64,000 nucleotides of DNA. It comes from Streptosporangiaceae bacterium. GTDB lineage: Bacteria > Actinomycetota > Actinomycetes > Streptosporangiales > Streptosporangiaceae. Location of the stretch: NCBI GenBank assembly GCA_035621915.1, contig DASPWG010000267.1, forward strand, positions 415 to 64,414. Reading direction: 5' to 3'. A program made the translations under genes and the position numbers. Below the pieces are notes generated by a model. It searched no databases. It worked only from the letters and a program-made list of their open reading frames with translations, and had not been told where the DNA came from. Shown piece by piece: positions 42,741 to 55,017 of this stretch (the first letter of the stretch is position 1; each line of letters begins with the position of its first letter).

Positions 42741-43022
42741 CGCGACACCGTCCTTCCGTTGCGCGTGACGTTACCAGCGCATGGCGGCAGCCGTGATACA
42801 TAGCGCAGATCGCGGACGTATCAGCCGGGCCGGTTCGTATCAACTGTTCCAGCATTTTGCCTTATTTAGGCGACCTGCCGGGCGAGCGGGGGTTAGCGCA
42901 GGTCATGCCGGTTGCGCCCGGCCCGCAGAGATTACCAGTCCCCTCAGGTGGGCTTCCTGCCAGCGCAGGCGCAGGCTCCCGCACTCACGGCACTGGCGCG
43001 GCCGCGGAGTAGGCTCGGCGCC

Positions 43023-43559
43023 GTGGCTGACCGCGATGACCTGCTGAAGATGATCAAGGAACTGGCGGTGGTACACGGGCCGGTCACCCTGTCGTCCGGC
43101 CAGCAGGCCAACTGGTACATCGACCTGCGCCGGGTCCTGCTGGACGGCCGTGCCGCGCCGGTAGCCGGGCGGGTCATGCTCGACACGACGGCCGAGCTCA
43201 GCTATGACGCCGTCGGAGGGCTCACCATCGGCGCAGATCCGGTCGCGACCGCCATGCTGCATGCGGCGGCCGCCCGCGGGCGCAAGCTGGACGCCTTCGT
43301 CGTGCGGAAGGCCGAGAAGGCACACGGGCTGCAGCGCAGGATCGAGGGACCCGACGTCGCCGGACGGCGGGTGCTGGCCGTGGAGGACACCTCAACGACC
43401 GGCAACTCCGTGCTCACCGCCGTCGATGCGCTGCAGGAGGCCGGCGCGGAGGTCGTCGGCGTCGCGGTGGTCGTCGAGCGCGGCGCCCGCCCCAGGGTCG
43501 CCGAGCGCGGGATCACCTACCTGCCCGCCTTCGAGCTTGCCGATCTCGGCCTCGGCTGA
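43023..43559 (+). CDS. pyrE: orotate phosphoribosyltransferase
   Basis: LSSGQQANWYIDLRRV...VRKAEKAHG...VLAVEDTSTTGNS (PRPP-binding motif). Start set at the GTG at 43023 (178 aa, the usual PyrE length). Confidence 0.9.
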   Translation: MADRDDLLKMIKELAVVHGPVTLSSGQQANWYIDLRRVLLDGRAAPVAGRVMLDTTAELSYDAVGGLTIGADPVATAMLHAAAARGRKLDAFVVRKAEKAHGLQRRIEGPDVAGRRVLAVEDTSTTGNSVLTAVDALQEAGAEVVGVAVVVERGARPRVAERGITYLPAFELADLGLG

Positions 43560-43656
43560 GCACTGTCCTCCCTGGCGCCTTAACCCGAGCCTGGCGCGGG
43601 CCGGCACTGCCCGCCGCCCTCCCCCGGCGCGGGCGCGATCGGCCGAGCAGGCCCGA

Positions 43657-43782
43657 TCAGCTGTGCGAGAGCGCGTGCAGCACCAGCGCGCCGACGACGA
43701 GCAGCGCTACAACGGCGGCGCACAGCGCTATCACGGTCGCGTATCGGCGGCGGTCCGCGGGATCAGCATCGTGGCGACCCAT
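43657..43782 (-). CDS. possible small single-pass membrane protein (41 aa)
   Basis: Not in the ORF track (below its length cut-off). My translation is MGRHDADPADRRRYATVIALCAAVVALLVVGALVLHALSHS. It has a charged N-terminus and one hydrophobic helix, with good GC3. No homology check was possible. Confidence 0.3.
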   Translation of the reverse strand: MGRHDADPADRRRYATVIALCAAVVALLVVGALVLHALSHS

Positions 43783-43907
43783 GAGTCTGAGAGTAGAACT
43801 CGTTCTGCCTCGCAGCCTGCCAATAGGCGCAACTCGCCCGGCCGGCTTGGGCCGGGCAGCGGCCTGCTAGATACTGGCACTGACCCATTAGGGAGAGGAA
43901 CTCCGCC

Positions 43908-44930
43908 ATGCCTATCGCGACGCCTGAGGTCTACGCCCAGATGCTCGACAGGGCGAAGGAGCACGGCTTCGCCTATCCCGCGATCAACGTGACGTCGAGC
44001 CAGACCCTGAACGCGGCCCTGCAGGGATTCGCCGACGCCGAGAGCGACGGCATCGTCCAGGTCTCCACCGGCGGGGCCGAGTACCTGTCGGGCGCGAAGG
44101 TAAAGGACATGGTTACCGGCGCGGTGGCGCTGGCGCACTTCGCCAGGGCGGTCGCGGCCAAGTACCCGGTCCAGATCGCGCTGCACACCGACCACTGCCC
44201 CAAGGACAAGCTCGACGGCTACATGCGACCGCTGGTGCAGATCTCGATCGAGCGAGTCGCCCGCGGCGAGGATCCGCTCTTCCAGTCGCACATGTGGGAC
44301 GGCTCGGCCGTGCCGCTCGCCGAGAACCTGCAGATCGCCAGCGAGCTGCTCGACCAGTGCGCGCGCGCCCACGTGATCATGGAGATGGAGATCGGGGTGG
44401 TCGGCGGCGAGGAGGACGGCGTCGTCGGCGAGATCAACGAGAAGCTCTACAGCACGCCAGAGGACGCCCTCGCCACCGCGGAGGCGCTCGGACTTGGCGA
44501 GCGCGGGCGTTACATTCTTGCCGCTACCTTCGGAAACGTGCACGGCGTCTACAAGCCGGGTCACGTCAGGCTGCGGCCGGCCGTGCTGAAGGAGATCCAG
44601 GATGCGGTGGGCGCCAAGTACGGCCGGGAAAAGCCGTTCGACCTGGTCTTCCATGGCGGCTCCGGGTCGGACCTTGCCGACATCAGGGAGGCCATCGGCT
44701 ACGGCGTGGTCAAGATGAACGTGGATACCGACGCCCAGTACGCCTTCACCAGGCCCGTTGCCGGGCACATGTTCAGCAACTACGACGGCGTGCTGAAGGT
44801 GGACGGCGACGTCGGCAACAAGAAGGCCTACGACCCGCGCACGTGGGGCAAGGCGGCCGAGGCGTCGATGGCTGCCAGGGTGGTGCAGGCCTGCGAGGAC
44901 CTGATGTCCGTCGGCAAGCGCCTGTCGTAG
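43908..44930 (+). CDS. fbaA: class II fructose-bisphosphate aldolase
   Basis: MPIATPEVYAQMLDRAKEHGFAYPAINVTSSQT..., HTDHC, FHGGSGS. Confidence 0.95.
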   Translation: MPIATPEVYAQMLDRAKEHGFAYPAINVTSSQTLNAALQGFADAESDGIVQVSTGGAEYLSGAKVKDMVTGAVALAHFARAVAAKYPVQIALHTDHCPKDKLDGYMRPLVQISIERVARGEDPLFQSHMWDGSAVPLAENLQIASELLDQCARAHVIMEMEIGVVGGEEDGVVGEINEKLYSTPEDALATAEALGLGERGRYILAATFGNVHGVYKPGHVRLRPAVLKEIQDAVGAKYGREKPFDLVFHGGSGSDLADIREAIGYGVVKMNVDTDAQYAFTRPVAGHMFSNYDGVLKVDGDVGNKKAYDPRTWGKAAEASMAARVVQACEDLMSVGKRLS

Positions 44931-44939
44931 GGGTCCTAG

Positions 44940-45353
44940 ATGCCCGAGAACCTGCTCGGCGGGCCGCCGGAGACGTATCTGCCTGCCAACGACGAGGCCG
45001 CGGCAGCACTGGCGGCCGGGGCCGATCCCGCGCAGGTGGCTGCGCGGTTCCCTGCCTACTGCGCGGCCTGGGCGGCGCTGGCCGACCGGGCCCTGGCCTC
45101 CGGCGATGCTGTCAGCGGCTACGCGTTCGCCCGCACCGGCTACCACCGCGGGCTGGACCAGTTGCGCCGGGCGGGCTGGCACGGGCACGGGCCTATCCCC
45201 TGGGAGCACGAACCCAATCAGGGCTTCCTGCGATCGCTCTACCTGCTAGGCAGGGCCGCTGCTGCGATCGGCGAGGAGGACGAGGCCATCCGCTGTCAGG
45301 AGTTCCTCGCCGACTCAAGCCCAGCGGCCGTAGTGGCGCTGAGCGGCTCCTGA
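44940..45353 (+). CDS. DUF3151 domain-containing protein
   Basis: 137 aa. YAFARTGYHRGLDQLRRAGWHGHGPIPWEHEPNQGFLR matches my memory of the actinobacterial DUF3151 family that follows fba. Confidence 0.7.
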   Translation: MPENLLGGPPETYLPANDEAAAALAAGADPAQVAARFPAYCAAWAALADRALASGDAVSGYAFARTGYHRGLDQLRRAGWHGHGPIPWEHEPNQGFLRSLYLLGRAAAAIGEEDEAIRCQEFLADSSPAAVVALSGS

Positions 45354-45370
45354 CCACGCGGCCAGGGCAG

Positions 45371-45407
45371 GCGCCCCGCCCGCCGCGCCCTACGCCGGGC
45401 GGGGCGC
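45371..45407 (+). terminator. perfect 12-bp GC stem hairpin after the fba-DUF3151 pair
   Basis: GCGCCCCGCCCG-N13-CGGGCGGGGCGC, 18 nt after the stop. No U tract. Confidence 0.5.
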
Positions 45408-45427
45408 AGGGACCGGCCCTGGCGTAG

Positions 45428-46825
<1,398 letters not shown>

Positions 46826-46862
46826 GCCGGCCACGGGACGCCGCGGCCGATAGGCTCTCGGC

Positions 46863-48121
<1,259 letters not shown>

Positions 48122-48125
<4 letters not shown>

Positions 48126-49369
48126 GCGCCCCGGCTAAGTCCGCCCCGCCGCCGGATGGGCCCGGCCAGGCAGGCCGCGGGGCGACGGCCGGGGAGCGGC
48201 CGCTGCGGGTCAGCACCCTCGAGATCTTCTTCGACCTGGTCTTCGCGTTCACCCTCACCCAGCTGACGGCCCTCATCGCCGACCAGCTGTCCTGGCGCGC
48301 CGCCGCGCAGGTGCTGCTGATCTTCGGGCTGCTGTGGTGGATGTACGGGGCCTACGCCTGGCTGACCAACTCCAGGCCGCCCGTGCACACGGCCGAGCGG
48401 CTGCTGCTCCTGGTCGGCATGGCCGGCTTCCTGGTGATCGGGCTGGCGATCCCGCGCGGCTTCAGCGGGTACGGAATCGTGCTCGGCCTGGGCTATCTCG
48501 TCGTGGTCGTCGTGCACGGGGTCCTGTTCTACCGGGTCAACGCCAACATCCTGCGGGTCGTGCCCTTCAGCCTCTGCTCTGCGGTCCTGGTAACCGTGGC
48601 CGGCCTGCTGCCCCGGCCGGCGGGCACGGCCGGGGCGGCCGCCTACGCGCTGTGGATCGCCGCCCTGGCCATCCAGCTTGGCTCACCGCTGGTGGTCCAT
48701 CCCGCGGGCCGGTTCGAGCTGCGGCCGAGTCATTTCATCGAGCGGCACAACGCGCTGCTGATCGTCGCCATCGGCGAGTCCGTGGCGGCGATCGGCATCG
48801 GCGCGGCGGGGCCGGTCAGCCGGTCCGCGCACGTGAGCTGGCAGCTACTCGCCAGTTCCGTCCTGGGCCTGGCGGTCGCCGCCGCCCTGTGGTGGCTGGT
48901 CTTCGGCGTCGGCGACGAGGAGCGCGCCGAGCGGACGCTCAGCACGGCGCCTGGCACCCGCCGCGCCCAGCTCGCGCTGAGCGCGCTGTTCTACGGCAAT
49001 ATCCCGCTGCTGCTCGGCCTGGTCGCGGTGGCGGCCGGCATCCTGCGCGCTGTGGTGCAGGCGGCCGGGCACGCCGGGCCGCCGCCCGGCTCCGCCGCCA
49101 GGATCGGCCAGGCGGCGGTGCTGGCGGTAGGCGCCGCGCTCTTCCTCGCCGGGGATGCGGCAACCCGCTGGCAGCTGCGCCTCGGGCCAGCCAGGCCGCG
49201 CGTCGTGGCCGGGGTCGCGGCCCTGGCGACCACGGCCGTCGGGGTCTTCGCCGGCCTGAATGTCCAGCTCATCGTGGTCGCCGTCGTCCTGGTGGCTCCG
49301 CTGGCGGCCGAGCCGCGCCAGGCTGGGGAAGACCCGGCCGGGCGGCCGGAAGGCCCAGACCACCAGTAG
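48122..49369 (+). CDS. low-temperature-requirement protein A (LtrA) family membrane protein
   Basis: LEIFFDLVFAFTLTQL...LIFGLLWWMYGAYAWLTN is the LtrA signature. The GTG start overlaps the purD stop (GTGA). Polytopic. Confidence 0.8.
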
Positions 49370-49400
49370 GCCCGCCCGGCCGGTGCGGCAGGATAGGGAT

Positions 49401-50708
49401 GTGATCGAGCGCTACACCCTTCCGGAAATGGGCTACGTCTGGAGCGAGGCGCACAAGTACGAGCTGTGGTGCCAGGTGGAGACGCTCGTCCTGGCCGCGC
49501 ACGCGGAGGCGGGCACCGTGCCGGCCGAAGCGGTCCCGCCGGTGGCGGCCGCGCCGCCGCCGAATCCCGACGCGGTCGCCGCGCTCGAGGCCGTGACCGG
49601 CCACGATGTCATCGCGTTTCTCACCGCGTGGGCGAACAACACCAATCCACGCGAGGCAGCCGCCTACGTCCATTACGGCATGACCTCCTCCGACCTGGTG
49701 GATACGGGCCTCGCGCTCCAGCTGGCCGAGTCCACCGACCTGCTGACCACCCGGCTGGAGCGGCTCCTGCACGTGCTGCGGGAGCATGCGCTCGCCCACC
49801 GCACCACCCTGCGGGCCGGCCGTACCCACGGCATCCACGCCGAGCCTGACGTATGGGGGCACCGGGTGGCCGACTTCGCGTTCGCGATCCACCGCTGCCG
49901 GGACCGGCTGCTGCGGGCCCGCCAGTCGGTGGCCGTCGGGAAGCTGTCCGGGCCGGTCGGCACGTACTCCAACATCGACCCGGCCATCGAGGCCGAGGTG
50001 CTCGGCAAGCTGGGCCTGCGGCCGGCCGACGTGGCCACCCAGGTGGTGCTGCGGGACGGCATCGCCGAGTGGGTGAGCGTGCTCGCGCTCGTGGCCAGCG
50101 TCTGCGAGGCGATCGCGCTCGAGGTCAGGCACGGCCAGCGGACGGAGGTGGCCGAGCTGGCCGAGCCGTTCGGGTCGGGCCAGAAGGGCTCCTCGGCAAT
50201 GCCGCACAAGCGCAACCCGGTCCGCGCCGAGCGCATCTGCGGTCTGGCCAGAATCGTCCGGGCGCAGGTCGTTCCCGTCATGGAAGGGATCGCGCTGTGG
50301 CACGAGCGGGACATCTCGCATTCCTCAACCGAGCGGGTGGCGCTGCCCGATGCGGCCGTCGCGACCGACTTCATGCTCGAGCAGACGACGGCCGTGATGC
50401 AGGAGCTGACCGTGGACCCGGCGCGGATGCTGGCAAATCTTGAGTCAAGCCACGGCCTTATTTACACATCGGCCGTGCTGCTGGAACTGGTGGCCGCTGG
50501 CATGTCCAGGGAGGACGCCTATTCCCTGGTGCAGGCCGCCGCGATGGACACCTGGCAAACCCGGTCGCCGTTCCGGGAGACCCTGCGCAAGCACGCGGCG
50601 GGCCGTGGTCAGGCGCTGGATGAGGAGCGACTGGACGAGGTGTGCAGCCCGCAGCACTACCTGCGCAGGATCGGCGTGGTCTTTGACCGGCTCGAGCGAC
50701 TGGCGTGA
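49401..50708 (+). CDS. purB: adenylosuccinate lyase
   Basis: VIERYTLPEMGYVWSEAHKYELWCQVE..., GSSAMPHKRNP (fumarate-lyase signature). GTG start at 49401. Confidence 0.94.
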   Translation: MIERYTLPEMGYVWSEAHKYELWCQVETLVLAAHAEAGTVPAEAVPPVAAAPPPNPDAVAALEAVTGHDVIAFLTAWANNTNPREAAAYVHYGMTSSDLVDTGLALQLAESTDLLTTRLERLLHVLREHALAHRTTLRAGRTHGIHAEPDVWGHRVADFAFAIHRCRDRLLRARQSVAVGKLSGPVGTYSNIDPAIEAEVLGKLGLRPADVATQVVLRDGIAEWVSVLALVASVCEAIALEVRHGQRTEVAELAEPFGSGQKGSSAMPHKRNPVRAERICGLARIVRAQVVPVMEGIALWHERDISHSSTERVALPDAAVATDFMLEQTTAVMQELTVDPARMLANLESSHGLIYTSAVLLELVAAGMSREDAYSLVQAAAMDTWQTRSPFRETLRKHAAGRGQALDEERLDEVCSPQHYLRRIGVVFDRLERLA

Positions 50709-51043
50709 CCAGCTCGCGGGCCGCGGGTGACCGTCAGCAGTCCGGCGCTTGACCGCCGGAATGGACGGCGCTCGGGCGGGGCAGATGACTGTATCACCAG
50801 GTCCTGGTGGTGCTTACCGCAGTAACCCCCCTGGATCACGTTATGAAGGAACTCAAGTACGTTACGTAACACTGTCGTCATGGTCTGGGGGGGTCAGGAG
50901 CGGTGGAATACTTGACGTCACGCGACGGGTCAGGCCGGGAGTCCGGCCAGGTTCTGTCCGGCTGGTCCGATATCCCGGTGATCCACGGGATGAGCCAGCG
51001 TGGCAGTGGTGCATCGCAGCTAACTGACGGGAGTTCCATCGAG

Positions 51044-52321
51044 ATGACCAGCGGCCCAGAGACCCGGTATCTCGTCCGCGGCGGCAACCCACTGCAGGGC
51101 ACCGTCTTCGTGCAGGGCGCGAAGAACGCGGTGCTGAAGATGATCGCCGCGTCGCTGATGGCCGAGAAGGGCCGGACCGTCCTGCGCAACGTGCCCGTGA
51201 TCGAGGACGTCCGCCGGGCGTGCGAGCTCGCCCAGGCCGTCGGCGCCAAGGTGAAGTTCCACGAGGCCGAGCACACCCTGGTCATCGACGCCTCGGACCT
51301 GACTAGCTCGGTCCTGCCGGAGGAGATCGCACGGCGGTTCCGCGCCTCCGTGCTGTTCGTGCCGGCACTGCTGCACCGGCTCGGCGAGGCGACCATCGAG
51401 GGCATCGGCGGCTGCAACCTCGGCAGCCGGCTGCTGGACTTCCACTACCGCGGCTTCGCCCGCCTCGGCGCCGTGGTGGACGAGCGCGACACCATGATCC
51501 ACATCAAGGCCGACCGGCTTCGCGGCGCGCACCTCTACCTCGACACGCCCTCGCACACCGGCACCGAGAACCTGATCATGGCTGCCTCGCTGGCGCCGGG
51601 CACCACGATCATCGACAACACCGCCCTCGAGCCCGAGGTGCTGGACGTCATCGCGTTCCTCACCAAGATGGGCGCGCGCATCTCCGGCGGCGGCACCGGC
51701 TTCCTCACCGTGGAGGGCGTCAGCGAGCTCACCGCGGTGGAGCACACGGTCATGGCCGATCGCATCGACGCCGGGGTGTTCGCCATGGCGGCGGCGATCA
51801 CTGGCGGCGAGCTGAGCCTGGTCGGCGCCTCGCTCGAGCACTTCGGGGTCGCGCGCTGGAAGCTCGAGCAGATGGGCGTGGAGTTCTCCACCCACGGAGC
51901 GGTGCTGCAGGTCCGCAGGGAACGGCAGCTGCGCCCCATCAACGTGATCACCGACACCTACCCTGGCTTCGCCACCGACCTGCAGTCCCCGATCATGGCG
52001 CTGAGCTGCCTGGCGGACGGGACGAGCTACATCAGGGAGACGATCTTCGACGGCCGCTACAACCTCGTGGGCGAGCTGAACAAGATGGGCGCCAAGGTCG
52101 AGGTCGCGGGGAACGCCGCGCTGGTGCACGGACCCACCCCGCTGCGCGGCACCGAGGTGATCGCGCACGAGCTCCGCAGCGGAATCGCGCTGATCCTCGC
52201 GGGCCTGGCCGCCGAGGGCGAGACCATCGTCGCGCCGGGCTACCAGATCGACCGCGGGCACGCCGTGCTCGCCGAGCGGCTGAGCACGGTGGGCGCGGAC
52301 ATCACCGCCCAGACGCTCTAG
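51044..52321 (+). CDS. murA: UDP-N-acetylglucosamine 1-carboxyvinyltransferase (MurA family)
   Basis: RGGNPLQGTVFVQGAKNAVLK, IGGCNLGSRLLDFH (aligns by eye with E. coli PGGCTIGARPVDLH, so the Cys is retained), FATDLQSP, HELRSGIAL. Start at the ATG at 51044, which gives the canonical N-terminus. Confidence 0.85.
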   Translation: MTSGPETRYLVRGGNPLQGTVFVQGAKNAVLKMIAASLMAEKGRTVLRNVPVIEDVRRACELAQAVGAKVKFHEAEHTLVIDASDLTSSVLPEEIARRFRASVLFVPALLHRLGEATIEGIGGCNLGSRLLDFHYRGFARLGAVVDERDTMIHIKADRLRGAHLYLDTPSHTGTENLIMAASLAPGTTIIDNTALEPEVLDVIAFLTKMGARISGGGTGFLTVEGVSELTAVEHTVMADRIDAGVFAMAAAITGGELSLVGASLEHFGVARWKLEQMGVEFSTHGAVLQVRRERQLRPINVITDTYPGFATDLQSPIMALSCLADGTSYIRETIFDGRYNLVGELNKMGAKVEVAGNAALVHGPTPLRGTEVIAHELRSGIALILAGLAAEGETIVAPGYQIDRGHAVLAERLSTVGADITAQTL

Positions 52322-52489
52322 CCGGAGCAGCCCGCCTGGCCGCAGCTGGCCGGTTACTGCCGGCCTGCGGGGCCCTACACCGGCCGCGCTGACCGGCGGC
52401 CGTCCGAAATTGCCTCTTCACGTGGCGGCAAGCCTGAGTTACCAAGTAATGAGGGGCTTTTAGCTGCGCGAAAGGGTGCTCAGGGCTGA

Positions 52490-53956
52490 GTGCATGACGT
52501 GGCCGTTATGAACGTGTATGCACGACAGGAACGCGAGGCCAGGGTCGGCATCGTCGGCCCGCACGATCTCGTGGAGCGGGTCATGCTGTCTGGCCTGCCG
52601 ACTGTCGGCGGGGCGGCGCAGCCGCCTCCGGCCGAGGCCGAGATCGGGCTGCGGCACCGGCTGGTGATGGCCCCCTACGTGACCGAGCACGAGGCGCCGG
52701 AAAGGGTGGCGCGGCTCGGCGAAGGCGTGGACGCGTGCCTGTTCGCCAGCCGCATCCCGATGGACTACGCCCGCCGGTCCGGCGTCCTGACCTGCCCGGC
52801 TACCTGCATCCAGCTTGGGGGCACGCCGCTGTACGCGGCGGTGCTGCGCGCACGCAGGGACGGGCTGGACGCCGGTCGTGGCAGCTTTGACGGCCTGAGC
52901 CGGGCCGAGCTGAATGCCGGCCTGGCCGACATGGGCATGGCGGCCGACGGCACGCACGTACGCGAGGAGACCGCCAACGCGGCCGCGCTGGCCTCGTTCC
53001 ACGAGCGGCTGTGGCGGCTCGGGCAGACCTCGGCGGCCTTCACCTGCGCCGAGCAGGTCGATGCCCGGCTGCGGGCCGCTGGCGTTCCCATCGTGCGCCT
53101 GCGCCCGACCGACCAGTCGATCAGGTCGGCACTGCAGGTCGCGACGCTCCTGGCGGCCACCCGCGTGCTTGACGGCTCGCAGCTCGCGGTCGCGGTCGTC
53201 GAGGTGCCGGCCCTGCGCGACAGCTCACGCCGGCCCGCGCCGCGCCAGGCCAGGGAGGAACTGCAGCTGACCGTGCACCGCTTCCTGGTCAGGGAGGCTC
53301 AGCTCATCCAGGCAACCGTGAGCCATCTCGGCGAGCATGGCTTCCTCATCCTGGCGACCAGGGGATCCCTGGCGGCCGCGGGCGACCCGCCGTTCGTCAG
53401 CAGGGCCCGCGCGGCCCTCGGCGTGACGCTGGACGTCGGGGTCGGCACCGGCCGCACCGAGCACGAGGCGGAGGCGCTGGCGCGACTGTCGCTGGCACGG
53501 GCAGCCAGGTCCAGGCCCGGTCACGGGCGCGGCAGCACCGGGCGGCCGGGCGGCCGGGCGCGCGCGGAGGCAGCCGTGCTGCCGGGCATGGCCGACCTGG
53601 CCGGCCAGCCGGGAGACGGCCGGGCCGCACGCCAGCCCGGCGACAGCCTCAGCCGGCTGCGAGCGCTGGAAACCCTTTCCAGGCTCGCGCAGAAGCTCGC
53701 CGCGGACACGGCGCCGGTCGTCGATGCCGAGACCACCGGTCAGCTGCTCTCGGTCACTCCCCGCACGGCGCGGCGCCAGCTCCGCGCGCTCGTCGACGAG
53801 GGGCTGGCCCTGCCGCTGCCGCCCGCCCGCCGCCGGCACCCCGGCCGGCCGCGGCTGGCCTACCGCCTGGTGGTGGAGAAGCTGGAGACTCGGGGCGACA
53901 CCGCCGGGCCACCTCCCAAGCCCAGACCGGCAAATCCCGAAGGCCAAACAGCCTGA
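52490..53956 (+). CDS. putative transcriptional regulator of unclassified family (central GGDEF-like/PucR-like fold suspected, C-terminal HTH)
   Basis: 488 aa. The C-terminus (TGQLLSVTPRTARRQLRALVDEGLA) looks like an HTH. The middle part (GFLILATRGSL...LDVGVGTGRTEHEAEALARLSLARA) resembles the degenerate GGDEF-like module of PucR/CdaR regulators. Weak, by-eye call. An alternative start is at 52508. Confidence 0.45.
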   Translation: MHDVAVMNVYARQEREARVGIVGPHDLVERVMLSGLPTVGGAAQPPPAEAEIGLRHRLVMAPYVTEHEAPERVARLGEGVDACLFASRIPMDYARRSGVLTCPATCIQLGGTPLYAAVLRARRDGLDAGRGSFDGLSRAELNAGLADMGMAADGTHVREETANAAALASFHERLWRLGQTSAAFTCAEQVDARLRAAGVPIVRLRPTDQSIRSALQVATLLAATRVLDGSQLAVAVVEVPALRDSSRRPAPRQAREELQLTVHRFLVREAQLIQATVSHLGEHGFLILATRGSLAAAGDPPFVSRARAALGVTLDVGVGTGRTEHEAEALARLSLARAARSRPGHGRGSTGRPGGRARAEAAVLPGMADLAGQPGDGRAARQPGDSLSRLRALETLSRLAQKLAADTAPVVDAETTGQLLSVTPRTARRQLRALVDEGLALPLPPARRRHPGRPRLAYRLVVEKLETRGDTAGPPPKPRPANPEGQTA

Positions 53957-53978
53957 CGGGCGCGCTTTGGCGTGGCCG

Positions 53979-54995
53979 TCAGTAGCGGGCGATCACGTCC
54001 CGGCCGAACCGCGCCATCTCCTCCCGCTGCGGCGAGAACTGCAGCAGCATCAGGCCGACCCCGGCCTGCTCGTAGCCGCGCAGCCGGTCGATGATCTGGT
54101 CAGGCGTGCCGATCAGGCCACTGCGAAGGCCCCGGTTCGAGACGCTGTACTCCTCCAGCGAGACCTGCGACTCAAGCTGCGAGCCGGCGATGAAGTCCTG
54201 ATAGGAGGCATAGGCCTCGGGCGAGGCGCGCACGTTCAGTATCCGGGCCAGCTCGGCCTGCGCCTCCGCCTGCGTGTCCCGGCAGATCACGTACCCGGAG
54301 ACGCCGAACGTCATCGGCGGCTGCCCGGCAGCTTCGCGGCGCGCGCTCAGGTCGGCCACCTTGGCCGCGATGACCTCTGGCGCGTCCCCGTGCATAACGT
54401 ACGCGTCTGCCTGCGCCGCGATGACCTCCTTGGCCCTGGGCGACTCGCCGCCCATGTAGACCGGCGGGACCCTGGACGGCTTCGGCTCGAGCACCGTGCC
54501 GTCCAGCTGATACAGCGGCCCCGAATGGGACACGGTGTCCTCGCGCAGCAGGCGCGAGACGACATCGAGCCACTCCTGTGTCCTGGCGTAACGAGCGTCA
54601 TGCACGTCGAACGGGGCACCGTACTGCGCGGCCTCGTCTTTCCACCAGGACGAGACCACGTTCAGCGAGATCCGGCCGGGCGCGATCAGGTCCAGCGTGG
54701 ACAGCGCCTTGGCGGTCTGCGACGGGGAGTGGTAGTTCGGCCGGACCGCGAGCATCAGCTCCAGCGTGCTCGTCGCGGCCGCCACCGCGGGCGCCAGGGT
54801 CCAGCAGTCAACCGACGGCGCCCGGTGGCCCTTGATGTCGTTGAGGTTCAGCTCGGCGATCAGCGACAGGTCGAAACCGTCCTGTTCGCTCTGGACCGCC
54901 AGGTCGCGGATGTACGACCAGGACACGGGCATGCCCTCGTCGGCGACGTTGCGCAGCCAGCCGCCGAAGATCGGCATCCAGTACCCGAACCGCAT
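53979..54995 (-). CDS. LLM-class flavin-dependent monooxygenase (SfnG/RutA/SsuD-like subgroup)
   Basis: MRFGYWMPIFGGWLRNV..., NVVSSWW, DARYARTQEWL, LEPKP, LIGTPDQIIDRL. These parallel SfnG/RutA motifs as I recall them. Confidence 0.75.
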   Translation of the reverse strand: MRFGYWMPIFGGWLRNVADEGMPVSWSYIRDLAVQSEQDGFDLSLIAELNLNDIKGHRAPSVDCWTLAPAVAAATSTLELMLAVRPNYHSPSQTAKALSTLDLIAPGRISLNVVSSWWKDEAAQYGAPFDVHDARYARTQEWLDVVSRLLREDTVSHSGPLYQLDGTVLEPKPSRVPPVYMGGESPRAKEVIAAQADAYVMHGDAPEVIAAKVADLSARREAAGQPPMTFGVSGYVICRDTQAEAQAELARILNVRASPEAYASYQDFIAGSQLESQVSLEEYSVSNRGLRSGLIGTPDQIIDRLRGYEQAGVGLMLLQFSPQREEMARFGRDVIARY

Positions 54996-55017
54996 GGTTT
55001 TCCTCCTGTCGGCGCCG

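Noticed and set aside
43204-43992. 262-aa plus-strand ORF spanning the 3' half of pyrE, the spacer and the fba start
   Set aside because: It is out of frame with both well-supported genes. Its composition is S/P/R-rich and it has no motifs.
50657-51092. ORFs in the murA leader (50657-50881 -, 50749-51027 +, 50862-51092 -) as protein genes
   Set aside because: They have poor GC3 bias compared with the surrounding genes, no motifs, and they overlap one another. I treat the region as non-coding leader.
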